The translations under genes were made by a program, and so were the position numbers. This document shows, piece after piece, positions 14,601-27,188 of a stretch of 64,000 bases of DNA. This DNA is from Trichosphaerium sp. ATCC 40318 (lineage: Eukaryota > Protista > Tubulinea), in NCBI GenBank assembly GCA_038496445.1, contig JALMLS010000279.1:84903-148902 (forward strand), given 5' to 3'. Under the pieces are notes generated by a model that was not told where the DNA came from, did not search any database, and saw nothing but the letters and a program-made list of their open reading frames with translations. Positions within the stretch are counted from its first letter, which is position 1; the number at the start of each line of letters is the position of its first letter.

Positions 14601-15311
14601 TATTATCAATGGTTCGATATGCAACTAAGAGCGCCTTCTCTTCCTTTACACTCAGGAAACGCACCAGATCAAATACGAGCTGTTGACTTTGTTGGTTTCC
14701 TTGACGATTCCCTTGGTTCTGAAAGCACGTGATTTTTCATTTTTGTTCTGATCGGATGAACGGCCAACTATTACATTTTTACAACGATTTTTCATGATAG
14801 CGCCTCAAATTGCTTTTTGAATATTTAAAACTCTAGATGAATTGTCGATAGCTATTAACAATTCATCTATTTGATATTTACAAGATTTTAAACTAATAAC
14901 ATAATAGAGCCAATTGATGGAGACTTATGTGGCCGCGAGTACTATTACAACACATTTCATTTACATGCTAACCTACCTGATATTGTTCCAACAAACCTTG
15001 ACGCTGATGGTCTCTGTGCTATTGCTCACATAAATAATCTTGAATACGTAGAATATATTGTAAACACAGACACAGCAGGTGTATACACATTCGAATTGAA
15101 CTATGCCAGAGGGTTTTCGGGAAGTGTTACTGTGGACATAGTTGTTGATTCAGTAGCCATGGCAACATTTACTGTTTCTAGCACAGGTGGTTGGTATTCG
15201 TACACTACAAGTAGTATATCGCTTGGATCGCTTTCAGTAGGGGATCATAATATTAAGCTTGATTTTAACGCAGGGGTTAACTACAGATGGTTTAAGTTAG
15301 AACTAGTTTAG
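11615..15311 (+). CDS. Secreted M12/reprolysin-like zinc metalloprotease with three C-terminal CBM6-like modules (copy A)
   Basis: Signal peptide MSFISVALLF; propeptide Cys (HLNSCATH); HE|IGHLIGSQHT zinc motif split by an intron at ~12932; Met-turn GTIMSYCH; three repeats of ..ANEYIEY.V...Y.FE...RG...I.VD...TG.W.TY...W. Confidence 0.85.
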
Positions 15312-16806
15312 AAACTGTTTATCTGAGGATTTTTTTACTTGCTTGATACACAGCTTGATGTTTGCGATCATGAATAAAAATGTAAAGAATTAACCACCTC
15401 AGGCAATCTCCAAAAGTTTTCTTCATAGTGGGTTTTTCTTCGTTCTTCCAGTAACTACAATGAACTCAATCAAAAATTCAATAAAATTCAGTTACACACT
15501 TCTTGAACAAACAGAAAGGAGCTACAGGTACATTAACAGCAGTTCACCTGCTTAAGTTTATCATCACAAATCACTTGCATGCTAAGCTTTTCATGAACTG
15601 AATCAAATGTACCTGCTGAACATGCAAGACGTACTGAGTTTCATACTGTTCTAATACACCAAACTTTGCAGCCTGAATAGTCTTATACGCAGTTGAAGCT
15701 GCAGCAACTGTGGTAACTTTGCAATCTTGGATGACAAATAGTGTTTTTCAACTGAAAACTTCGTATTGATGAAACCTTCGGGTGTGCCAAGAATCATAGT
15801 ATCCATATATTATAATAGAGTCCAATTGTTAATTAGATGTAAATTTGCACTCCGTGTATGTAATCCAAGCAAGTCATTCTCCTTGCATCAGATCAACCAT
15901 GTAATCACGTGTTGTATCACTTTGATCATTCCAAAGTTAAATTTATCAACACCATGATTTTGTACTAGTAAAAAGTAGAATAAATAGCGATCATTGGGTT
16001 GTTGAATAACTGCCAGTATGAGTTAAATTAGTGTTGTTAGTTTACATTTATACTATCCCTGCGCCTGGTGTTGTGAGTACCTGTTGAACAAAAAGAACAA
16101 TCGTAGACTGCTATGCAGCGCCTAGTTAAACTGTCTGTGGCTCCTTTTAATTCAAATTCCCTTCAGTCGAACAGGTACAAAATAATGTCTAGGAAGTGTC
16201 CATTCCTAAAATTACGTTTTATTAATCCAGTCTTTTACACATTGGTTGTAAACATTAGAAGTACCTTACATCACGAGACAACGCCAATACCCCTTTGTAG
16301 CTACTGCTTTAATTGTATGGAGCTGCTTAATATCCGAGTACTTGGAGATACGTTTTCTATGTAACAAAAACAAAAGTATCCTCCCTAGGTGAGGACACGG
16401 TATTTTTATTTGTTTTCATTCAGATGCACTTCCTAGGTAAGGCCGCTGGTTTTTGTTTTTGAGAATTCTTTTTTTTTTTTTGGGTACCAAGTAAGTTCTA
16501 TGTTCACCGATACTTTAAGATCACGGAAGCCGCTCATATATTTGTTACTTTTTTTTTTTTTTTTGGATTTTTTATTGGTTTTATAGACCGACCATTATGT
16601 GTCTACTTTCGTCAGCCACTACGAAAGGTTTAAGGGTTTTATGTGAGTCGCTTCGGTTAGTCAAACCGAAACTAGCTGTGGAGAACTACTTCCATCTGAT
16701 ATCTAGAATATTTTTGTTTCTTTTTATACCCATAAAAACTACACAAAAATAAATTGTGGTATTAATAGAAGCTTCTAGAAGGTTACTTCACTGAAATTTC
16801 TATTTT

Positions 16807-17013
16807 AATTACTCAAATATGGATAATGCACATTTCAAAACGCTCCCAAAGGCCTGTGATAGCTATTTACGCCCGTGGAAACCACATTGGACAAGTTTTG
16901 TATCTAAAAGCGTGCAACTAAACGAGAACTTCTTTTTTTAGATACTGTTTAGCAATTACTCAAATATGGATAACGCTCATTTGGAAAAACCACAAACCTT
17001 GTACTAGCTATTT
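16807..17013. repeat. Imperfect ~60-bp direct repeats
   Basis: AATTACTCAAATATGGATAA...TAGCTATTT starting at 16807 and 16954 (147-bp spacing). Confidence 0.6.
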
Positions 17014-17178
17014 TCATGTATTTAGAACTGTTTTGGCGGTATTTTATAAAAAATGTGGTGCTAGTGCAGGAAGAGGTAATCTTGAATCATAACATTTTAA
17101 TCTTCTTCATTTTTTGTAAAAAGTAAACTTAAAGCTTTGAACATTTATTTGTCTCCCAAGTTGCTTGTGGCCTAAATC

Positions 17179-17979
17179 TCAAACAGAGAGAATAACCATA
17201 GCTAACACAAGTACTACATCAAAAAATACACGTGAAGTGCTACTTGGAGGCGAAGTCGGCGCGACAGTAGGTGCAACAGTTGCTGCAATGGATGGATTTT
17301 GAGTGGATGTTGGTGTTGCAGTAGTAGGAGAATTGGTGTTAGGATTGGTAGGAGACTCAGTTGTAGGGGGAGGAACAATACTTGGGTTTGGATACAAAGC
17401 CATATCATAGACGCCAACAGTAACGTTGTTTTCCAAAATGGGTGAAAACACAAATAGTCCGATGTTGAAAACTATAACTGATGAGTTATCACATACAATG
17501 AGCAGAATTTCATCATCCAAGGTTGACAATCCTAGACAACATAATTAACATCCGATGGCTCACGATGCATAATCTAGCTTGAGAACTGAGTTGTTTACCT
17601 GTAGGTTGTGTACAAAAATCTGGCATTGATTCAGTTCTTGTTGTTTCACAATTCACAATGAGATTATCTTGAGGAATCGAAGCTTACATGATCATACCAG
17701 AGGTACCAATACGATACAAAAAAGTACCGACGACAGCAGCTTAAACAAGAGTGAGTACAAAACTTTGTTTACATGTGCTTATAGCGTTCGTACCGTGCTG
17801 TGTGTCAGAATGCCTGTGACAATATCATGACATCTCTTTGTTACATTACAAGTATCGACATCAAGTTCAGCAAGGCCAATGTTCGTATTTGCGGATGACA
17901 TTTCACCCCATATGAACAACTTTCCGGAAATGGGATCAACACTCAATGAAGTGTATGCGCTTACATCACATTCCTTCAA
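17179..17979 (-). CDS. Cell-surface protein 3' part: S/T/P-rich stalk and hydrophobic C-terminus (TM or GPI signal); probably 5'-truncated
   Basis: ORF 17179-17529 ends PPPTTESPT...SRVFFDVVLVLAMVILSV*. Upstream exon at 17779-17979. No start codon or signal peptide found. Confidence 0.5.
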
Positions 17980-18680
17980 CTAAAAACGCTTGGTAAGTAA
18001 CAGTGTGCCAACATTTAGAATAACCACTTTCTATGGTTTGGGTTACAATCTTGTGAAAAGTTGTTACATTTTAATAATGACAACAATAGGTGGTAAGGTA
18101 CGCCAAATTAAAACGTTACATAAGTTTTCAGTGTTTTCTCGCCATCTCACGGATTCCCGTTAAATCTAGGAGCGTTAGCTGAATATCTTCTTCACGTTAC
18201 AAAAGATTGCGCTCTCGAACAATCGGCCAGCTGAAATTCAGACAACTCGTTCAAATTGTCGTATGGACAGAAATACGCGATTTGTTGGTTACTATCACAA
18301 GGACGTGAAGCAACAGACACCACTTAAAAGCGTTTAGAAAATGAACATTCTTAAGAAGTAGAGGATGTGTTTTACCGTCTGTAGTGTAGTTTTGTATTAA
18401 TTTTGTAGCAGTTAGGTTTGCTTTAGTAATTCGTACTGAAGTCTCTTTTTTGCAACGTTTCGTTACATGTTGGATACAGTTCCGACACTCAATGACGGGT
18501 TTTTTGGTATTGCTATTCCGTCATTTAAGTTTTTTGAAACAGACGGGAGCAATACACAAAATAATTCAACTTTCACCTAAATGTTCACCTGTCACGTTTC
18601 ACCAATAGTCACTTCCATCACCATTCATAGTTTTTCTGTGTGTTCGGTTTCAGCCATTTGTTTTTGTTACGAAGCACACA

Positions 18681-21600
18681 ATGAGCTTCACCTCGGTAGC
18701 TTTGTTATTCCTATTATGTATCTTCACCAGCGTTATGCTAGCGGATCAAACTAGGCTCAAGCTGACAGCAAAAGAATTCGTTTTTAATCATCGAAACAAA
18801 CGTAATGTTGATAATAGGCATGTTTCGGTGGGGCGCGGTTCAAGACATTATGAGGAGGTTAATATCTTTTTAGCGCTATCTTGGAGGTCTATGGCGTTCG
18901 GCATGGTACAAAGGATATTACACTGCTTCTTAAACGCTCTAAGCAAAGTAAACCAGCAGGTACTCACACTTTTCTTTTGATTGTATTTTTGTTGTTCCGG
19001 CGCTGACGGAATAGTCTATGTAAAAGGAGAGAAGGTAAACGCCACGAAGAATCACGCTTCTATATTTACTGGCCATATCACTGGAGACTCTGATAGTATA
19101 GTAGTACGCTTGTTTTCCTTTCGTATTAGGCATAATTTGATGAAAAAACACAACAAAACACGTGGGTGGACAAAGTTGACCCTATTTTCAACATTCATGG
19201 GATTGAAGTGTAGTTTTTAAGGGTTTTTAAGTGTACACTAACTATAGCTAGGTTGTCCTACTGAGAGACGCTAAGATCATGGGCATGGTTCATCTATCCA
19301 ATGGCGAGGATCATTCTCTTACCTTTAACGAAACATTGTATCTCGTACCTATTGTGTACAATGTATCACGCGATCACCCAAAGCATCTCAACAGCTGTGA
19401 TACGCATGAAAACAACAACAAATCCGCTTGGCGAGGTTTCAAACGAAGTGTCCAGACCACCAAACGCTCGTTGATTCCAACTTGTTCTACAAATGGAATA
19501 TCAAACTTCAACGGAAAACAGTACAACCTCCGACTAGCCATAGAATCAAATCCAGCTTATTTGGCTCTTTTTTCATCTTCAACTGAAGCATCAGACTATA
19601 TGGATCTTGTTGTAGCTACGGTACGATTTATACAGTGCTTAAGATTGTGATTTCTAACTCCTTTCGCACAGGTTTCAGCTATCTACCTGCGTGACTTTTA
19701 TGCCACTGTAGATCTTGTAATACACAATCTAAACAGTCCTCATGGTGAAGACGACAAAGTAATGAAAACTCACTATGAGGCAAATCCACCTTCACAATCT
19801 TATGACTTTGGTATTGCGGTACGGGGTGGAAGCGGTGGTGGTTATGCAACAGTTGGTAAGTAATTTTACGCGGTATTTGAAAAGAATTACTAAAGCTTCA
19901 AAAAAGGAGGTCTGTGTAACAGTAACAAATTTGGATATGTCAAAGTTGCCACAACTTACGGAACTTCTGCTTACAATGCAAAACATGATATTTACATTCT
20001 TGGACACGAGGTACTTTCATTGTCACAAAATTCGTTACAGTTGGCTAACATTTTGTTAGATCGGTCATCTTATTGGTTCTCAACACACATTCCATTCTGA
20101 TTATACCCCTAAAATAGACGATTGCGATGATGATGGTATCAACCCTGCACCTGCTGATGGAGGTATGTACTATTGGGATATCGTTGTTTACAAATGTTTA
20201 CTTGCTTTAGGTACAATTATGAGTTACTGTCATACTACAGGCTATCATAACATCAACTTGTACATGGGAAAAGTTGGAGCATTTGGATACCAGCACGTGC
20301 AAACTTGATTACTTTTATTTGTCTTAATTACTAACACGTTTTTTCTCTAAACATAGGAGCGAAAGAGTAAATCAATTCATTCGTGATTATCTTGAAGACA
20401 AAGAAACATGTGCCAACCTAGCTTCCGTACCTTATGTAGTACGGTCAAATATCATTACTCATGCGTTTCTAAATCAACAATCGTAGGCACCAACACCTAC
20501 TCTCCCTACTTTGTCAGGATCTGTTCCAGGAAGAATTGATGCTCTTGAGTTTGTTGCGTTCTCTGATACAACTCTTGGTTCGCAGAGTACGCCCTATTAG
20601 CTTTTAAAACTGTTATTCAATTACATGATGCTGTATTCATCGCTATTGCTTCGAAATTCATTTATCTCGTTTAACGGAGCTTCTTCCAGGATCCACATTT
20701 GGAGATCTGTGTTGTAAACAAGACTATTACCAAGAATTTAAGTCTTCACAATACCTTCCAGATATTATACCAAGAGATGCTAATGGAGATTGCGCTATTG
20801 GGAACATAGAGGCAAACGAATATATCGAGTACAATGTAGATTTTGGTGAATCAAGTCAATACTCGTTTGAGTTGTCCTATGCGCGAGGCGACTCATGTGA
20901 TACATCTGTTACAATTATCGTGGATGGAGTAGAACTAGAAACACTAAACGCTCCAAGTACTGGAGATTGGAACACGTACAGCACAGTATCTGTACATCTC
21001 GGAAATTACAAGATTGATGATGGCGAAAAAACTGTTAGACTGCTCTTTCCTGACGGCGGTTTGAACATTCAGTGGTTTGATATGCAAACAGCTGTACCCT
21101 TCCTAGAGACTATATCAGGAAGTATACCTGGTCTTATTCGTGGTTCTGACTTTGTTGACTTCTTGGATGATACTCTTGGAGTACAAAGTACGTTTGTTGT
21201 GAGCATGTGAATCAATTTCGATGTTGTTCAATTTTAAAGTGCACTTTTACTTTTGTACTTATCACTTAACAGATTACCAACCCCAAGAGGATTATTGTGG
21301 CAAAAACCCGTACTTTGACGCCAATAGAGATACAACGAATCTCCCTGACTTAGCCAAAAAAAATGCGGATGGATATTGCACAGTGCAAAGAATCAATGCA
21401 AATGAGTACATTACTTATCGAGTCCATGTTAATGCTCCAGGAGAATACGACTTTGAAATTAAAATCTCAAGAGGTCAGCCAGGATGGAAGGATTTCGAGG
21501 TTCTTGTGGACGATGTGTCAGCAGGTGTATTCACTATGATCCCTAATGGAAGTTGGACTACGTTCGTTACAAGAACATTTTCTCTTGATCATTATTTCAC

Positions 21601-22406
21601 AGAAGGATTACATGACATCAAACTGCTTTTTTTAGAGAGTGGTACTGTTAGCACTTTCTATTATCAATGGTTTGATATGCAACTAAGAGCGCCTTCTCTT
21701 CCTTTACACTCAGGAAACGCACCAGATCAAATACGAGCTGTTGACTTTGTTGGTTTCCTTGACGATTCCCTTGGTTCACAAAGCACGTGTTTTTTAAAAG
21801 AACTGAATTTATGTCTTTTCAAGTGATGATATTTCTTTGATACAAATCCAACGCACCACCTTTTTTGTTTTTGAACTTGACACTTTTTTACGATAACTTG
21901 TCTTGAAAACAACATTATCAAACACATTCCGTAAGATACTCGCTAGAATTTAAATTAATTATAACGTTATTCACAAGATTTTAAAAACTAATGACATTAT
22001 AGAGCCAATTGATGAAGACTTATGTGGCCGCGAGTACTATTACAACACATTTCATTTACATGCGAACCTACCTGATATTGTTCCAACAAACCTTGATGCT
22101 GATGGTCTCTGTGCTATTGCTCACATAAACAACCTTGAATACGTAGAATATATTGTAAACACAGACACAGCAGGTGTATACACATTCGAATTGAACTATG
22201 CCAGAGGGATATCGGGAAGTGATACTGTGGACATAGTTGTTGATTCAGTAACCATGGCAACATTTACTGTTTCTGGAACAGGTGGTTGGTATTCGTACAC
22301 TACAAGTAGTATATCGCTTGGGTCTCTTTCAGTAGGGGATCATGATATTAAGCTTGAGTTTAATGGAAGACTTAACTACAGATGGTTCAAGTTAGAACTA
22401 GTTTAA
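18681..22406 (+). CDS. Secreted M12/reprolysin-like zinc metalloprotease with three CBM6-like modules (copy B)
   Basis: Same exon structure as copy A and near-identical exons; HE|IGHLIGSQHT at ~20005-20090; ends NYRWFKLELV*. Confidence 0.85.
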
Positions 22407-22570
22407 AAAACTGTTCATCTGAGGATTTGGTTCAACGTTTTTTTTGATATTTGATGGCTTGTTAACATGTTTGTTTTGATAAAGAATAAATATGTCATCA
22501 TTTGAAGAAATTAATAGTTTACTCAGTATTTTGCGTTACATACAATTTTTATCAGGGTTAATGTTTTTAT

Positions 22571-24913
22571 TTATCCTCGCTGTTTTTTGAGTTTGTACCG
22601 TTGTATTTTACCTGACTCCGTCTTTGGGAGGTCATCTATAAACTCAATTTCTCTCGGATATTCATGTGCTGATAGACGTGTCTTTACATGGTTTTGGAGA
22701 AGCTTCTTAGTTTCCTACACATCCAAGTTAAACAATCTAAATGAGACAACAAAAAGCACTTTTACCTCCGATTTTTTGAATCCTTCTCTGAGTACAACAA
22801 ACGCTTTTACAACTTCACCTCTCTCTTTATCAGGTGACCCAATAACAGCACAATCTGCAACAGATTCATGGGCTATCAATTCTGTTTCAACTTCTGCGGG
22901 CCCTATACGATAACCAGCGCTAGAAGTGACTGAACAAAACTAAAGTTCCTTAAATGATTGAAACGTACCTTAAAATTATGTCATCAACTCTACCCAAAAA
23001 TGTAAAGAATTCACCGTCTCTTACAACTTTATCTCCAGTACGACTCCAAATTCCAGTATTCTTCAAATTGGTTTTTTCTTCGTTCTTCCAGTAACTACAA
23101 GAACTCAATCATACAAGGAGTCAAAAATTCAATGAATAAAATCACATACTTCTTGAACCAATGGAGAGGAGATTCTGGTACATTAACAGCAAGTTCTCCT
23201 GGCTCGTCAGTTTCTTTGAGATTATCATCAATCACGTGCATGCTAAGCTGTTTAGAATTCTTTCATTTGTTTCGCAGTCACATACCTGAATCCAGGCATA
23301 CAAACGCCCATAGATCCACTTGGTGATTCTTTTCTCAGGTCCGGATGACCGTGATTAATAATCATCATGCCATTCTCAGTTTGTCCGTAGTGATCACATA
23401 TTCGTGTTCCCCATACCTTTTGAAAGCATTCTATTACTTCAGTGGGTAAAGGTTCTCCTAAACAAATTTGTTTTGAGTTCAACCGTTTTCCATAAACCTC
23501 GCATTGCATCATTTGAATCAAATGTACCTGCTGAACATGCAAGACGCACTGAGTTGTCATACTGTTCTAATACTCCAGACCCTGCGGCGCGAATAGTCTT
23601 ATACGCAGTTGGAGCTGCAGCAACTGTGGTAACTTTGTAATCTTGGATGACCTAAAGTCATCAGTATCTAAAGCCTTACAAACTTGTTTACCTTCAATGT
23701 TTTTTCAACTGAAAACTTCGTATTGATGAACATGGCGGGTATACCAAGAATCATAGGTCCCCATACGTTGTAATAGAGTCCGTAAGCCCATCCAGGATCA
23801 GCGATATTATAGTAAGATTCCTTACAATCGCCGTGAAGATTGAATCCTTCAAGCTATTGTAAGTCGGAACTTTACTATTATTGTACCAAATTGCATGTAA
23901 GCAGAGAAAGATGCAAGGGATTTAACAGGTATTTCAACACCTTTCTATTAAATAGGTAAATCAAAGAAAGAAAAATGGTTGTACCGGCTGTCCTGTAGTA
24001 CCACTATAAGATATCAAAAATTAATGTTAAAATATGCAGTAAAATTGCACCTGGTGTATATAATCCCAAGCAAGTCATCTCCTTGCATCACTTCAGGATC
24101 AACCATATAATCACGTGTTGTATCACTTGAACTTTCAAAGTCATGTGTCTTAAAATCCAACGCCTTTTTCATATCAAAGAAATGTACTCAACATCATGTT
24201 ACCTCTGCTGTATCATCCAAGAAAGGAACAGCTATTATTGCTGGTTGATCATCACTTGATGTAAACATGCCTTTAAACTTGAACAAGTGATCTCTATGTA
24301 CCACAATGGCCTTGCATCCACTATCTTTTACACGATAGCTTATCGCATTAGGTCCCAAAGCAGTGAATAAAGGAAGGTATACAGCACCAATTCTTGCAAG
24401 ACCACATGCACTTTTTTGACAAAAAAATCAGTTGCCAGGTTTTTTTTTTCGTTTAACAGTTTTGATTGACGCACGTGGAGTACAATGATGGTATCTTTGG
24501 GAGCATCACTGCTACCTGTATATGGGGTTAGAGGCCTATTCTTGTTGATGTTGATATTACCCTGTCTCCTTTGGAAACACCAAGAGATCGCAAGAGAATC
24601 GCTATTCGAGATGATTCAGATTGAAGACTATGAAAGGAAATTGTTGATTTTGTCCCGTTTAAATCATCGTATTGGAGAGCAATACGCGATTGCTGGTGAC
24701 CATCGCAAAGACGTGAAGCAACCGGCACTGTTTAAAAACGTTTAGAAAATGAACATTCTTAAGAAGTAGAGGATGTGTTTTACCGTCTTTAGTGTAGTCT
24801 TTAAGTAATTTTGTAACAGTTCTGTTTGCTTTGGCGTAATTTGTGCTGAAGCCCCTTTTCTTATGCTTTAATATAGTGTAGCGTTTCGTTGCATGTTGTA
24901 TACGCGAAAACAT
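22571..24913 (-). CDS. Acyl-CoA synthetase / acetate-CoA ligase (AMP-binding, ACSM-like), likely mitochondrial
   Basis: Arg/Lys-rich presequence [11 protein letters not shown]; YTS|GTTGQP|KG P-loop; ADPGWAYG; DHYGQTE; [10 protein letters not shown]; [11 protein letters not shown]. Confidence 0.92.
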
Positions 24914-25156
24914 GGCCAATAATTAATTAAAATCGGTTGACAGTTCCAACAGTCAAAGATGGTTTTTCTTGAAATTTCAAAAAGTTGACGCCACTGTTGA
25001 TGTTTTATCCAAAAGATTACTTCAATCGCCATTTCATAGATGTTGTCCAACACCACGATGAACGTAGGAACGTCTGAAAAACAGTCAAATCACGTTTTTG
25101 AGTTAAGTTGTGTCTGTTTAAGGTTCATGTCCAGTTTATCCGGTTGAGTACTCATC

Positions 25157-25841
<685 letters not shown>

Positions 25842-26081
25842 TGATATCGATAAAAACAATAATAAAAACCTTCATTTTTGGAGTATTTGTTTTATTTCAA
25901 TATCATGCTAGTTGTAGACTCTCGAAGATTATGAGGTTGTAAATGGGCGCCTTGTAATGATGTTATTGCTTATAATAGTTTCAATTGCTCTTAAGAGTTT
26001 CAGCAAAGCATTCATTATAACAAGTCAGCGGTTTACAGGTCCGGACTTTATTGTTTACATAATGCTTGTGATTATGTATGA

Positions 26082-26546
26082 TCAACAAAAACTGTCTATA
26101 CAAGCTTGATCAAATACAATTGCGAAAAAAGCAGGTAGATGAGTATGCGATACTACATCCCCAAGCTGCCCACAGAACCTTATACAAGCAAAAGTCCAAT
26201 CCCAACCATTGGGTATAAAGTTATCACCGACATCACTTGTTTTTTTTATGTTGACGGTTTGCTTTAGCTCATGACCTTGTCGTAGTCCTTGTCCTTGCTG
26301 TATCTCATGACCTTGTTGTAGATCGTGCACTTGTTGTATCCCTTGTTCTTGTTGTAGCTCATGACCACTGGGTGCCATTGTCTTGCATGTTTCAACGCAT
26401 TTAGAATGTGTGACTATGCATGCTTTAGGATTAACCATTGTAAGGTTGAGGCACAGTTTATTAAATGTAATGCATTCTTCTTTACATGTTTTAGCGGATG
26501 ATAGATATACTACAGAAGAAAGAATAATTGCAATAAGTACGCGCAT
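26082..26546 (-). CDS. Small secreted Cys-rich protein with six 6-aa Gln/His repeats, intronless
   Basis: Signal peptide MRVLIAIILSSVVYLSSA; six Cys in CxxxC/Cx6C spacing; GHELQQ-type repeats at ~26262-26370. Confidence 0.7.
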   Translation of the reverse strand: MRVLIAIILSSVVYLSSAKTCKEECITFNKLCLNLTMVNPKACIVTHSKCVETCKTMAPSGHELQQEQGIQQVHDLQQGHEIQQGQGLRQGHELKQTVNIKKTSDVGDNFIPNGWDWTFACIRFCGQLGDVVSHTHLPAFFAIVFDQACIDSFC

Positions 26547-27188
26547 TACTTTAATCGAAGAGGTGTTGCGTTAACAGTTTGAAGTTGTTTTTTTAGAAGT
26601 ACTTATTAAAAACCGGAAATTGGACTTCAGTTGTTCGCTGTAGACTGCAATTATAGCCGTAATACACCTGAGATAAGTAGCAAGCGGAGCGTGAGAGTTA
26701 TTCCTAAGGATGTACGAAGGAGTTGACCCGGATCATTGATAAAAAAGATTACAAATAATCCTCAATTTTAGTTCGTCATTGCTCTAACAAGACTATGTAT
26801 GTGCACGTGCTCGTAGATCTTACAGTGAGCAATAGTGAGTCCTAAAATTTCCACCGGAGGAATTCTTATTTTTTTGAGTTTGTGAAAACGAATCTAAGAA
26901 CTTGGCTGTTCTGCAACTGTAATATCTAGGTAACGCCTTGGAAACAAAAAGTAGCTGAAGCAGAGGAAAACGTGTTAAGCAACACTTAATCGCTGAACAT
27001 CTGCGTCATTTACCCATAGACAAGTGCAATTGAACACCTTCTTTGAAACTTTATCTTTCTGTTACGCATGTTGACACTTAAAGCTATGAGGTTGATTGGT
27101 TTCACTACCACAAAAGACATTTATTCATTAATTTAACGTGAGCTCTACAAAGAGGAAGATGAGTTTATTAGTCAGACTTGATGAATGT

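Larger units (their letters stand above)
15375..18480 (-). pseudogene. Degraded copy of the acyl-CoA synthetase gene, split by a ~2.2 kb unrelated insertion
   Basis: 15375-15950 matches 22995-24140 with deletions and frameshifts. 18240-18480 matches 24655-24900 (e.g. GTTTAGAAAATGAACATTCTTAAGAAGTAGAGGATGTGTTT). Confidence 0.8.
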
